Part shown: positions 1 to 9,867 of the stretch, in pieces
Position numbering within the stretch: the first letter of the stretch is position 1
Layout of the letters: each line of letters opens with the position of its first letter
From: an uncultured Nitrososphaerota archaeon
GTDB taxonomy: Archaea; Asgardarchaeota; Njordarchaeia; Njordarchaeales; Njordarchaeaceae
Direction: 5' to 3'
Assembly (NCBI GenBank): GCA_964518475.1
Contig: CAZFGR010000003.1
Coordinates: 1-64,000, forward strand
DNA: 64,000 nucleotides
The notes under the pieces: model-generated
What the model was told of the DNA's origin: nothing
Database searches by the model: none
What the model saw: only the letters and a program-made list of their open reading frames with translations
Made by a program: the position numbers and the translations under genes

Positions 1-1255
1 TCTCGAGAGTCCGGAATATCAATCATACAGATCAATAGGTCAAGCTGGTGAAGGGCTATTATTTCTATACCTAGCATATAGAATGCTGGAAGATGGCGGG
101 AAGATAGGTTTCGTATTACCAAAAAGCCTTCTATCGGGAACCTCTTGGTTCTTGGCGAGAACTCTATTAGCTTCGGAATTTCACACTGAGTACATTATCG
201 TAAGCTACGATCCTGAAGGAGGATATAATTTCTCAGAATCTACAAGTCTGAGCGAATGTCTTTTGATAGCAAGAAAAACAAGAGAGCATCTTGACGACGA
301 AATCACAAAATTTGTGTTACTGTTGAGAAAGCCTAGAACAAGCATTGAAGCTATAGCACTTGCTAATCAAATCGATAAAAACGGGGAATATGTAAGAGCA
401 GGAGAGTCCCAAGCGTTCATCATAGAAGTTGATAGACAAACACTCCTAAAATACATTGATAATTGGGGAAGATTCGTATTCCTCCCTCATCCCAACCTCC
501 TAAAGGAAATATTGGAAATACTAAGAGGAGTCATAAAAGTTGGAGATGTTAAAGCTAGAATACCAATCACTAAACTAAACAATGTGATCGCATCAATCGG
601 TATTGATGCTCATCAATTCCATGATAATTTTGAAAAAGTCTTAACGCAAATTCCAGGAAGTCTGCCAGTTATTTATGGAGGCGGTGAGGAAGTAAGAAGA
701 AAAATGAGCGTAAATCCAAACGCATATGTTAGACCTAAAACCCATAAGGCAACGATAATTTTCAGGGAGAAGGCGGGGCGACTTCTACTACCTGATAGAA
801 TAAGAGTAAACACTACACACGCAATTTCGATTCTCACTGATGTACCTGTTCTATCGAATGTATTTTATGCTGTTAGACTTTTAAACGAAGATGAAGTTAA
901 ACTAAAAGTCCTTTGCTTGTGGTTTAATACTACGTGGGGAATTCTCACGGTGCTAGCTAATAGAGAAGAAACTGAGGGGGCATGGATTAGATTAAAGATG
1001 GGACATTGGAAATTGGTTCCCGTACTAGATATAAATAACATATCAGAAGACAAACTGAAAGGATTAGCGAAAGTATATGATAAGTTTAAAGACATTAGCT
1101 TAAAGAGACTACCAGAGCAATTTAACGAAGATGAAACTAGGATAGAATTAGACTTGGCTTTTCTTAAGACTATAGGAGTAGATGCTAGTAGGGAGGACAT
1201 AATTTCTCTTCACGAGAAAATATATCAAGCTATGAACCAATGGATAGGTCGATAA
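1..1255 (+). CDS. C-terminal part of a type IIG/IIL-like restriction-modification N6-adenine DNA methyltransferase with target-recognition domain (5' truncated by window)
   Basis: Frame is open from nt 2 (LESPEY...GQAGEGLLFLYLAYRML). LEDGGKIGFVLPKSLL and NFSESTSLSECLLIARK resemble post-motif-IV MTase segments; C-terminal TRD-like LWFNTTWG...R.ETEGAW. Confidence 0.7.
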   Translation, partial: LESPEYQSYRSIGQAGEGLLFLYLAYRMLEDGGKIGFVLPKSLLSGTSWFLARTLLASEFHTEYIIVSYDPEGGYNFSESTSLSECLLIARKTREHLDDEITKFVLLLRKPRTSIEAIALANQIDKNGEYVRAGESQAFIIEVDRQTLLKYIDNWGRFVFLPHPNLLKEILEILRGVIKVGDVKARIPITKLNNVIASIGIDAHQFHDNFEKVLTQIPGSLPVIYGGGEEVRRKMSVNPNAYVRPKTHKATIIFREKAGRLLLPDRIRVNTTHAISILTDVPVLSNVFYAVRLLNEDEVKLKVLCLWFNTTWGILTVLANREETEGAWIRLKMGHWKLVPVLDINNISEDKLKGLAKVYDKFKDISLKRLPEQFNEDETRIELDLAFLKTIGVDASREDIISLHEKIYQAMNQWIGR

Positions 1256-1355
1256 AGATGCTTATTAGAGCATAAGATCATTTAGTAATCTTTCAGAAAG
1301 ACAATAATAAAACATCGTAAGGGACAATTTTTCTTATTAAACTTACGAACTATTC

Positions 1356-2579
1356 ATGGGACAAGATATGTTTAAACATAAAGGTACACTGGGATTTATA
1401 GCATTTCTATACGTCAATGGTTCACCTATAATTATAGGATTACTAACATACGATTTCTTAGCAAAATTCCTTAAGCATCCAACTAGTTGGCCATGGATAT
1501 TGGCTCCTATTTTCCTATTAATTCTTTATGTAATAGCATGGATGTATGCTTGGAGTTTCTTTAAGAAAGAAAGGAATATGGTGAAGTACAAGTTAAGATT
1601 ATACCTTTCAAGCATCATAGATTTCTATGCCAATGTGTTTTCTCTCTATTACTTTCTAGCATTACTTGTAGTCCTTCTGCCCCTAATAATAAGTTTCTTG
1701 AATATCAATATAATTAAGGCAATAATAGCCCTCTATTATGAGCAAGTGCTGAGAGATTACATAACTCCATTTATCCTTTCTTTCCTATTAGTTTTTGGGC
1801 TTATGCACGTCAATAATGCACTTTTTGGAAAATCCTTAGAATTGATAAGCCCAGAAAAAATAATAAGTAACGAGATTGATTACTTGCTAGAATTCATAAG
1901 GAAAAGAGATGCTGTTTATCGTGATATACTCAAAGGGAATTTTAGTGAGAAGGATTTGGATATATATACTTCTGAGTTACTTGAAAGTATTGAGAACCTA
2001 CGCACAAGTCTAGAGGAGTGGCTCTTCTCCTATACAGCCACTCCATACAGAATAGATCTACGTGACGTATTTGAAAAAATGCTGCTCCATGTATTAACAA
2101 CAGACAATTTACAACCAATTGAGAGTTTCTTGAAGATGATAAAAGAAATAATAACCAAGAAAAAAGGAAGCAAACAAGCTCAGATAGAGCTAATTAATGC
2201 TCTAAGGAGTCTACATAAGAAGACAGAAGAAAACAGCTTCCTAAGATTTTTATCAGAAGAAGAAACAAGCAGTAAAGCAGTCGTTTTAAGCACAATAATA
2301 GCATTCCTTTCTTCTATACTAACGTTCAACGATATTATAACCATTCTCACACAACTCAAATACAACTTATCCGAGATAGTTTATATGAGCGTATTATTAA
2401 TACTACTTCTAGCAATATTTCTGCCGCTTTTCCTTTACGTCTTACTAATCTATAAGACAACAATCTATCTAATAAACACAGCACAGCGATATTTCTTCTT
2501 TAGACGACTCAGAAGGAAAAGATTTCGAAAGTCAAGTAAAGCTCCAGACTTATTAGAGAAGGAGTCTAAAACATCCTAA
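1356..2579 (+). CDS. hypothetical integral membrane protein (about 4 N-terminal and 2 C-terminal TM helices around a soluble helical domain)
   Basis: 407-aa ORF with hydrophobic segments and very low GC. Confidence 0.7.
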   Translation: MGQDMFKHKGTLGFIAFLYVNGSPIIIGLLTYDFLAKFLKHPTSWPWILAPIFLLILYVIAWMYAWSFFKKERNMVKYKLRLYLSSIIDFYANVFSLYYFLALLVVLLPLIISFLNINIIKAIIALYYEQVLRDYITPFILSFLLVFGLMHVNNALFGKSLELISPEKIISNEIDYLLEFIRKRDAVYRDILKGNFSEKDLDIYTSELLESIENLRTSLEEWLFSYTATPYRIDLRDVFEKMLLHVLTTDNLQPIESFLKMIKEIITKKKGSKQAQIELINALRSLHKKTEENSFLRFLSEEETSSKAVVLSTIIAFLSSILTFNDIITILTQLKYNLSEIVYMSVLLILLLAIFLPLFLYVLLIYKTTIYLINTAQRYFFFRRLRRKRFRKSSKAPDLLEKESKTS

Positions 2580-2756
2580 CCAAACACCAAGGTTCACTTT
2601 AAGGAATCATCATCCAGCATAATGGATTAAGTTTTAATAACATAATCAATTATTTAGAAGAAGCATTAATCAAGGATGCATAACATCAGGTAACACTATA
2701 GACATAGCCTATTAATGAATCACACTTAAAGAACAATAAAGAAAAGGGTGATAAAC

Positions 2757-5009
2757 ATGGTAAGAATCAAGCAAGCAGACGAAATAAGAAAGTTAATTAA
2801 AACGTTGCCAATTAAACAGCGTCGTATATTTAGCGTGACAGCTCATGTGGATCACGGGAAGTCGACGACGTGCGATTATTTGTTGGCTCGTGTTGGCATG
2901 TTGTCGCGTGATCTTGCAGGAGAGAAGCGTTTGACTGATTATGATGAGGAGGAGCAGAAGCGTATTATTACGATTTTCACTACTGTTGTTAACTTGTTGT
3001 ACGAGTTTGATGGTAAGCAGTATCTTATTCAGCTTAACGATACGCCTGGTCACATTAGTTTTACTGGGGAGGTTTCTAGGGCTATTCGTGCTTCGGATGG
3101 TATTATTTTGCTTGTGGATGCTGTCGAGGGAGTGATGACCCAGACGGAGACCAATCTTTATTTGGCGCTTAAGGAGATGTGTAAGCCTGTGCTTTATATT
3201 AATAAGGTTGATCGGTTGATTCGTGAGCTTAATCTTACGCCGCGTGAGGTTGTTGCTAAGATTGATCAGATTATTCATACTGTGAATAGGCTTATTGAGA
3301 AGTATGCTCCTCCGCAGTTTAAGAATGAGTGGAAGGTGAGTTTTGCTAAGGGTTCTGTTGCTATTGGTAGTGCTAAGGATGGTTGGGGCTTTACTTTTGA
3401 TACTCTTAAGAAGCGTTTTGAGGATCCTCGTCAGGGATACTTATATGTGTTCGAGAAGTATCGTGAGGGTGATATTCAGTGGTTGCGGGAGAATTTGCCT
3501 TTGGATGAGGCGTTGTTAGAGATGATTATTAAGCATTTGCCGGATCCGTTGACTGCACAGAAGTATAAGATAGATGCTATTTGGCGTGGTGATAAGGATA
3601 ACGAGGTTTATAAAGCGATGGTTAATGTTGATTCGAATGGACCGTTGGTTGGCATGATTACTAAGATCTTTATTCATCCTAAGTCTTTCCGACCGACTCT
3701 TATTGGTAGGGTCTGGAGTGGTACTTTAAGAGCTGATTCGGAGCTTTTCTTGTTGAGTGCTAGGTCTGTTAAGAAGCCTCATAGAGTTGGGGTTATGGAG
3801 ATTACGGAGCTTTTGGATGTGGATGGTATTCCTGCTGGTAACATGTTTGCAATGACTGGTTTCATCGTGCCTGCTGGAGAGGCCTTTGTTGAGAAGGAAG
3901 TGGCTGAGAAATACATGGATCTAATAGAGGCGGAACGCTTTGGTTTCGAGCCTATTCCTTACGCAAGCGAACCTGTCGTGAGTAGAACCATTAGGCCGAA
4001 GAATCCTCAAGACATTGACAAGTTAGGTGAAGTAGCGCGTCTCTGGACGATGGCTGATCCAACGGCGTCGTTCTACCTTGATAGGGAAGCGGGAGTTTAT
4101 GTCTTGGAGGGGGTGGATCCTCTTCAGATAGAGATCTTGGTGAAGCGTATCTCTATGCGTGTACCGATAGATGTTGATGAGCCTATCATAGTTTACAGGG
4201 AGCGTGTGAAGAAGCGTGGCGAGGAGATCTGGACGAAGAGTCCTAACGCGCTAAACAGGATTTGTCTCTATGTTGAGCCTCTTGAGGAAGAGGTTGCGGA
4301 AGCTATTAGGAAGGGTATTATTAAGAGGGATCAAGACCCTAAGCGTAGAGCTGAGATTCTTAGGAAGCAGTTCGGTTGGCCCGCGGATGTTGCTCGGAGG
4401 ATTATTGATATTACGGGTACTAACATGTTAATCGATGCAACCACGGGAGTACAGCGCTTCGAGAGGATTAGGGATTATGTGATTAGTACGTTCAGGAACT
4501 TCGTACAAGCATGTATTCTGGCTAGAGAGCCTGCTCAGAATATCAAGGCGGTAATTACTGATGCTTTTGTCCACGTTGATCCAGCGCATACTCAGATGGC
4601 TCAGATCTTCCCAATGGTCTATTCTGGATTGGCGATATCGTTCCTGACGGCGGAGCCGACTTTGTACGAGCCGGTGCTGAGGGTCGATATAAAGGTTCCG
4701 CAGCAATACATGGGTGCTATAATTACTTTGCTTCAGAAGAAGCGTGGTAAGATACTAGAAACGGATATGGCTGAGGACATGGTTCATATTGTGGCTAAAG
4801 TCCCGGCGGCGGAAACGATAGATCTTGCGGAGCAATTAAGGAGTGTCTCTCAGGGAAGGGCGTTCTTCGGTTATCAATTCTATGCGTGGGAGGAAGTGCC
4901 AAAAGCTATGCAACAAGACATAATAATGAAGATTAGAAAAAGGAAGGGATTGCCTGAGAAATTACCAACAATAGAGGACTTCGCAAGATTCATCTATGTA
5001 AGACAGTAA
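2757..5009 (+). CDS. fusA: elongation factor EF-2 family GTPase, divergent (aEF-2 paralog-like)
   Basis: AHVDHGKST, DTPGH and NKVD motifs; KSPN in domain IV; LYEPV...LRSVSQGRA in domain V; GGTGA SD before ATG 2757. Confidence 0.93.
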   Translation: MVRIKQADEIRKLIKTLPIKQRRIFSVTAHVDHGKSTTCDYLLARVGMLSRDLAGEKRLTDYDEEEQKRIITIFTTVVNLLYEFDGKQYLIQLNDTPGHISFTGEVSRAIRASDGIILLVDAVEGVMTQTETNLYLALKEMCKPVLYINKVDRLIRELNLTPREVVAKIDQIIHTVNRLIEKYAPPQFKNEWKVSFAKGSVAIGSAKDGWGFTFDTLKKRFEDPRQGYLYVFEKYREGDIQWLRENLPLDEALLEMIIKHLPDPLTAQKYKIDAIWRGDKDNEVYKAMVNVDSNGPLVGMITKIFIHPKSFRPTLIGRVWSGTLRADSELFLLSARSVKKPHRVGVMEITELLDVDGIPAGNMFAMTGFIVPAGEAFVEKEVAEKYMDLIEAERFGFEPIPYASEPVVSRTIRPKNPQDIDKLGEVARLWTMADPTASFYLDREAGVYVLEGVDPLQIEILVKRISMRVPIDVDEPIIVYRERVKKRGEEIWTKSPNALNRICLYVEPLEEEVAEAIRKGIIKRDQDPKRRAEILRKQFGWPADVARRIIDITGTNMLIDATTGVQRFERIRDYVISTFRNFVQACILAREPAQNIKAVITDAFVHVDPAHTQMAQIFPMVYSGLAISFLTAEPTLYEPVLRVDIKVPQQYMGAIITLLQKKRGKILETDMAEDMVHIVAKVPAAETIDLAEQLRSVSQGRAFFGYQFYAWEEVPKAMQQDIIMKIRKRKGLPEKLPTIEDFARFIYVRQ

Positions 5010-5451
5010 AAATCTCAACACTTCTCTCTTTATGCTATGCTCAATATTTAGTATTTTTTAATTTAGGTCATTGAGAAAAAGTGGCTATTTTTCTCGTTGT
5101 TATTTTTTATATTAGTTATGATCTCGAACTTTCTCAGCGCATTCTTCGAGATTGAGACCTTCGGGAATCTTCTTCCTCGAAGCCTTAGAAGAGATCTAGA
5201 AGGCTTAACGGGACGGGGGCAAAAAGATAAATTTTGAAGCAAAGCTGGTCTCGGCGATATTATTATATCATGTATTGCTGTAAGAGCATTGGTAGTTCGT
5301 GAGAATTTAGCGTACAAATGCTGTGTTTCGAAGAGTAGAGTATTTGTTACATTTATTTAGGATTGATGATTTGATTTATTGTTAAAGAAGTGGGCAGGGT
5401 CTTAAGGTGTTATATCTTTAATAGTCTTCCTGTATAGTTCGAGGCGTTCTT

Positions 5452-7005
5452 ATGTCTCCGCGTATCGTATTGCCAGGGCTTGAGCGAGGAAAGGTTAAAA
5501 GGGTCTTTAGGAATGCTCCTTATGTGGCTCTTGTAATCATAATACTGGTTGCTTCGTCGATTGGGGTTTTTTATTTCCATGGAGTAAATCCAGCAAAATT
5601 AACGGATTTATCAAGTATTTATAATCCAGATTGGTTCGCGAGGAATAATAGGAGTAAGAAACCACCGGATATTTCTGAATATCTTAAACCCCCGAGGACG
5701 AATACTTCTCTTCCAGACTTGGGGGATATTCTGAATAAGATTAACACAACTTATGTTCATTTCTTGGTTTCGGGGAGGGTACCGTTACTAGCTTGGAGAT
5801 TGAGTGTGTTGGATAATTACGTTACGAATGATGGCTGGGTGCTTAGCAGTGATACTTTCCTAGATTACAGGGAAGAGGGGAGGGGGGATTTTCTCTATGA
5901 AGTTATTAAGCCTAGTGTTATTGTTAGTGGAGAGGATCAAATTACGCTAATATCTCTATGGAGTCCGGTATATGAGGTGGAAGCTAGGAGGTTTACGCCT
6001 CTAAACTCTAATGTTTCGCAACTAGTTTTTGTACCAAAAATATCGAGTCGGAACGGAGTACTTGGAGTCTATATCAGTGCTGAGAGGGTGTCTCTTGATA
6101 TACGTTATCTGGTTTATGGAAGTTATATCAATGAAAGCGAAATCCCCTCGTTATCATCGACTATAGGTTATGTTAAAGCGTTTGTGAGGGATAATCCGCA
6201 GCTTCAATACTTTTTGGGATTACCGGATGGTTATTTCTCCCTTTACCCCTATGTTCTCGATGAAATAAATTCTCTAGGCATTAATGATTCTCATACGGTT
6301 CATCAAGCGATGTCAATTATCTTTTCATCACTCCTACTCAACTATAATATTTCTCTTACAATAACTCGGGCTGAGGGGGATCCAGTAGCTAATTTTGTCG
6401 CGACTAAGAATGGGTCTGTCATAGATTACATATCAACTGTTGCATTTTTCGCTAGAGCTCTTGGTATTCCGTCAAGAGTTGTTCTGGGGTATTTAGGAGG
6501 GGAATATAATGAGTCTCTAGGTATGACGATGCTTACTGTAAGGAATCTTTTCATGTGGATTGAGGTTTTCGATCCTGGAGCTGGTGGTTGGGTTCCGTAT
6601 AATTGTCTAGCCTTTATTACGGGTGATGTATTAAATCTCGTAGATAATTCGATAATACTCCCCTACTTATACGTCCAAGCTCCCAGATATATTCAGAACT
6701 ACCCATGTGTATATCTGGATGAGAACTTTACATTGGTATTTATCTTATATGGTTATGGTGCTGGTGGATTAACGGGGTATGTAGAATTCTATGATGTTAA
6801 TGAAAGTGTCCTCTTGGGTAGGGTTTCCCTAGAAAAAATTGATGAGAATACGGCACGGGCGGTTCTCGTAGTTTCCTATGAAATGATATATAATAGGTTG
6901 GGGGTAGAACCGAAGTATGGGGTTCATCTAATAAAAGCGGTTTTTGGAAAATTGGGTGCTCTAGGTTTTGTTGGGTTGTTAAAAAGAGTAAATATAACAC
7001 CTTAA
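5452..7005 (+). CDS. membrane-anchored transglutaminase-like (TgpA-type) protein, catalytic triad degenerate
   Basis: N-terminal TM helix; ARALGIPSRVVLGYLGG, W.EVF.PG.GWVP signature. Confidence 0.75.
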   Translation: MSPRIVLPGLERGKVKRVFRNAPYVALVIIILVASSIGVFYFHGVNPAKLTDLSSIYNPDWFARNNRSKKPPDISEYLKPPRTNTSLPDLGDILNKINTTYVHFLVSGRVPLLAWRLSVLDNYVTNDGWVLSSDTFLDYREEGRGDFLYEVIKPSVIVSGEDQITLISLWSPVYEVEARRFTPLNSNVSQLVFVPKISSRNGVLGVYISAERVSLDIRYLVYGSYINESEIPSLSSTIGYVKAFVRDNPQLQYFLGLPDGYFSLYPYVLDEINSLGINDSHTVHQAMSIIFSSLLLNYNISLTITRAEGDPVANFVATKNGSVIDYISTVAFFARALGIPSRVVLGYLGGEYNESLGMTMLTVRNLFMWIEVFDPGAGGWVPYNCLAFITGDVLNLVDNSIILPYLYVQAPRYIQNYPCVYLDENFTLVFILYGYGAGGLTGYVEFYDVNESVLLGRVSLEKIDENTARAVLVVSYEMIYNRLGVEPKYGVHLIKAVFGKLGALGFVGLLKRVNITP

Positions 7006-7406
7006 ATAGTTTCCAGATTCTGCTCTATTTTTCTTAATATTTGTGCTAAGAACTCCTCTGTAGCGCTCATAGTGCTGCTTTTTTGGAGAATGATTGTAAG
7101 TATATGATCTCCGCGAATTAAGTATAGGTATTTTCCATTATCGAAGTAGATTCTTAGACTAGCTAATTTTGATGCTCCCTTTCCATATTTTTTAAGACGA
7201 TCAATGATTCCAGAATAGATATCAAAGATTTTCTCAACAATATTCCTAGCTTTTTCTGGGGGCAATGTTGATTTGAGGATTTCTTTTGTTTTACTACTAC
7301 AAATTATAACATATTCGATACCGGGGCGTGATACAAGGTCCTGGAACAAAGCTTCGATTTTTTCACTTATAGTGTAATTATCGGAGGAGTAGACTATGTT
7401 ATTCAT
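7002..7406 (-). CDS. roadblock/LC7-like domain protein
   Basis: alpha-beta-beta-alpha-beta-beta-beta pattern (PGIEYVIICSSKTKEILKST ... LASLRIYFDNGKYLYLIRGDHILTII) plus C-terminal helix. Confidence 0.65.
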   Translation of the reverse strand: MNNIVYSSDNYTISEKIEALFQDLVSRPGIEYVIICSSKTKEILKSTLPPEKARNIVEKIFDIYSGIIDRLKKYGKGASKLASLRIYFDNGKYLYLIRGDHILTIILQKSSTMSATEEFLAQILRKIEQNLETI

Positions 7407-7917
7407 TAAGGACACGCTTTCTTACTTCTAGTAACTCAAGTAGCCACTTAAACAATTTTTCTACGTCGATGTTTTCTCTGTCAAGCTTGATTATTATTTT
7501 TTCGGTCAAAGCAATAATAAGCTCGTCAATGGTATCTATTAGTTTTAATTTCTCTGGTTTTCTTATCTTTATCTCTTCTCTTCTCTCTGTTTTCGCAGTC
7601 TCTTCTTGTGGAGCTTGCTCGCTGATTTCGTCGTAGCGTGGGCTTTCATGGGTCTCAGGTTCAACTTCTTTTTTTCTCCAGTAATCTTCAAAATCGATGA
7701 CTTTTAACATCTTTTTATCAACTTTTGCATGTTCTAATTCTTCTGGTGTTGCTAAGTAGACATTGCATTTAGGACAGTATTTTAATCCGGTTGCTTTTAT
7801 TAGGAAAAGAGGTGTACCACAACGAGGGCAGGCCTCTCCTAACATTCTCTCGCCGCGTAGTAATAGATCCTTCATTCTCTCTAGGAGTTTCTTTTCATCA
7901 TTTTTTTCGCTAGACAT
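7399..7917 (-). CDS. Zn-ribbon protein, SSSCA1/autoantigen-p27 (UPF0148) family
   Basis: LLLRGERMLGEACPRCGTPLF...YCPKC signature. Confidence 0.85.
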   Translation of the reverse strand: MSSEKNDEKKLLERMKDLLLRGERMLGEACPRCGTPLFLIKATGLKYCPKCNVYLATPEELEHAKVDKKMLKVIDFEDYWRKKEVEPETHESPRYDEISEQAPQEETAKTERREEIKIRKPEKLKLIDTIDELIIALTEKIIIKLDRENIDVEKLFKWLLELLEVRKRVLNE

Positions 7918-8008
7918 TATAGACAGCCTCATAAGGAAACATTCTTGTGTTAAGTTACCATAAATGAAATGTATTAAATGAAATTCTAACTATTGTTGGT
8001 GGATACTT

Positions 8009-8428
8009 ATGATTTATAGGGAAGTTCTTGAATTCAATACAAAAGGGGAAAATGATTTTATTGATATTACTCATCTTGTTGAAGAAGTGGTGGAGCGAAG
8101 TAGGATAAAAAGTGGGCTTGTTAACATATTCGTTCCTGGCTCAACAGGGGCTATTACTACAATGGAGTACGAACCGGGACTTAAGAAAGATTTAGCCAAG
8201 ATTCTTGCAAAGATAGCTCCAGCAGATATTGAGTACGAGCATCATAAAAGATGGGGAGATGACAATGGTAGGAGTCATGTAAAAGCGAGTATTATAGGGC
8301 CTTCCTTAACAGTTCCTATAGAGAACCGGAGATTATTGCTGGGAACTTGGCAGCAAATCGTTTTTCTTGAATTAGATACGAGACCAAGGAAAAGACGAGT
8401 AATTGTGACGGTTATGGGGGAGGAATAG
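8009..8428 (+). CDS. yjbQ: YjbQ/UPF0047 family protein
   Basis: NGRSHVKASIIG and LGTWQQIVFLELD motifs. Confidence 0.92.
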   Translation: MIYREVLEFNTKGENDFIDITHLVEEVVERSRIKSGLVNIFVPGSTGAITTMEYEPGLKKDLAKILAKIAPADIEYEHHKRWGDDNGRSHVKASIIGPSLTVPIENRRLLLGTWQQIVFLELDTRPRKRRVIVTVMGEE

Positions 8429-8503
8429 ATTTTAATTTCCTTTCAAAATGAGTTTCTACAATTATACTAGGTATACACGGTGAGCTTCATAGAGGGAGAC
8501 TGA

Positions 8504-8722
8504 ATGAGTGAACGACCAGCTCCGGTAAGTAAGTTAAAAATAAAGATCGATGAGTGGAGACGACAAATATATGAATCAAGAGGTAAAAGGGCGCATAGAT
8601 GTCGGAGATGTGGTACAACTAAAGGTGTTATTAGGAAATATGGATTGTATATTTGTCGGAGATGTATAAGAGAGGTTTATTATTTACTTGGGTTTGAGAA
8701 GACCAGTATTCATCGTGGGTGA
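8504..8722 (+). CDS. rps14: 30S ribosomal protein S14 (uS14, Zn-binding)
   Basis: CRRCG...IRKYGLYICRRCIRE; upstream of S8. Confidence 0.92.
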   Translation: MSERPAPVSKLKIKIDEWRRQIYESRGKRAHRCRRCGTTKGVIRKYGLYICRRCIREVYYLLGFEKTSIHRG

Positions 8723-8728
8723 GCTATC

Positions 8729-9121
8729 ATGGTACGATTGGATCCTCTAGCCGACTCCTTAGCTACAATAAAAAACGCGGAAATGGTCGGGAAAAAAGTC
8801 GTTTATCTTCATCCAGCGTCAAAACTGTTGAGAGCTGTATTAAAGATCTTGAAGGAGTATGGATATATAGAAGACTATGAATATATCGAAAACTACAGGG
8901 GTGGAATCTTCAAGGTAACTCTTAAAGGGAGGATACACAATATAGGAGCTATCAAACCTAGATTTCCCGTAAAATGGAGAGAGATTGAGGAATGGGAACG
9001 AAAGTTCCTCCCAGCTTATACAATGGGAGTCCTCATTATAAGTACGCCTCAGGGAATAATGTCTCACGAAGAGGCCAAAAAGAGAAGAATAGGGGGTCGG
9101 TTAGTAGCTTATGTCTATTAA
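8729..9121 (+). CDS. rps8: 30S ribosomal protein S8 (uS8)
   Basis: DPLAD...IKPRFPV...[12 protein letters not shown]...GGRLVAYVY. Confidence 0.97.
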   Translation: MVRLDPLADSLATIKNAEMVGKKVVYLHPASKLLRAVLKILKEYGYIEDYEYIENYRGGIFKVTLKGRIHNIGAIKPRFPVKWREIEEWERKFLPAYTMGVLIISTPQGIMSHEEAKKRRIGGRLVAYVY

Positions 9122-9136
9122 AGGTGGGAGAATGCG

Positions 9137-9778
9137 ATGAATGTCGAGTTGTTAACCGATGAAAAGGCGATCTTAGAAGGCATAAAGAATCCATGGACAA
9201 TAGGTATTGATTATGAAGAGATACCTATTCCGGAGAATGTTAAGGTAAAAATCGAGGGGAAAAGAGTTATAGTAGAGGGACCTAAAGGACGTGTAGAGAA
9301 AGATTTCTCGCATGTACGAGACGTATATATTTTACAGGACGAGAATAAAATTATAGTAGCCTCGCCTGCGCGTAAAGATAAACAAATTAAGCCATTAGGC
9401 ACTGTTGCGACGAAGATAAGAAAGATGATCGAAGGGGTTCAAAGGTGGTTTATATACAAGCATAAAGTAGTCTACGCGCACTTCCCTATACGAGTTAGAG
9501 TGGAAGGTAGATATATAGTCATTGAGAACTTCTATGGTCGAAAAGACAAAATCAAAGTGCCCATAGTTGGTGATCAAACAGTAGTAGAAGTCACTTTACA
9601 GCCTGGATCTGATATTCCGGACGAAGTAATTATCAAAGGACCAGATCTGGAAGCGGTCAGTCAAACTAGTGCTAATCTACAGGAGGCATGCAAGCTTAGA
9701 GGTAAGTTTAGGAAGGATCCCAGAGTTTTCCAAGATGGTATTTGGAGATATGTTGTGACGAGAGAAGGTGAGGAGTGA
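9137..9778 (+). CDS. rpl6: 50S ribosomal protein L6 (uL6)
   Basis: VEGPKG, YAHFPI, KDPRVFQDGI. Confidence 0.96.
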   Translation: MNVELLTDEKAILEGIKNPWTIGIDYEEIPIPENVKVKIEGKRVIVEGPKGRVEKDFSHVRDVYILQDENKIIVASPARKDKQIKPLGTVATKIRKMIEGVQRWFIYKHKVVYAHFPIRVRVEGRYIVIENFYGRKDKIKVPIVGDQTVVEVTLQPGSDIPDEVIIKGPDLEAVSQTSANLQEACKLRGKFRKDPRVFQDGIWRYVVTREGEE

Positions 9779-9867
9779 GAACGGAGAGGAGATGATAGAC
9801 CCTGGGGTATATGAGCAATAAGCAATGATTAGAGGTCGATGTGTTAGATCCCCGGAGGCGAGAGAGT

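Noticed and set aside
5323-5335. 13-mer GTGTTTCGAAGAG repeated at 30615..30627, both intergenic
   Set aside because: A single 13-mer repeat is expected by chance in 64 kb; no third exact copy seen
9779-9867. Unusually long spacer inside the r-protein operon with ATGATAG/ATGA/ATGATTA motifs
   Set aside because: Boxes too degenerate and no terminal CTGA; cannot be supported as an sRNA
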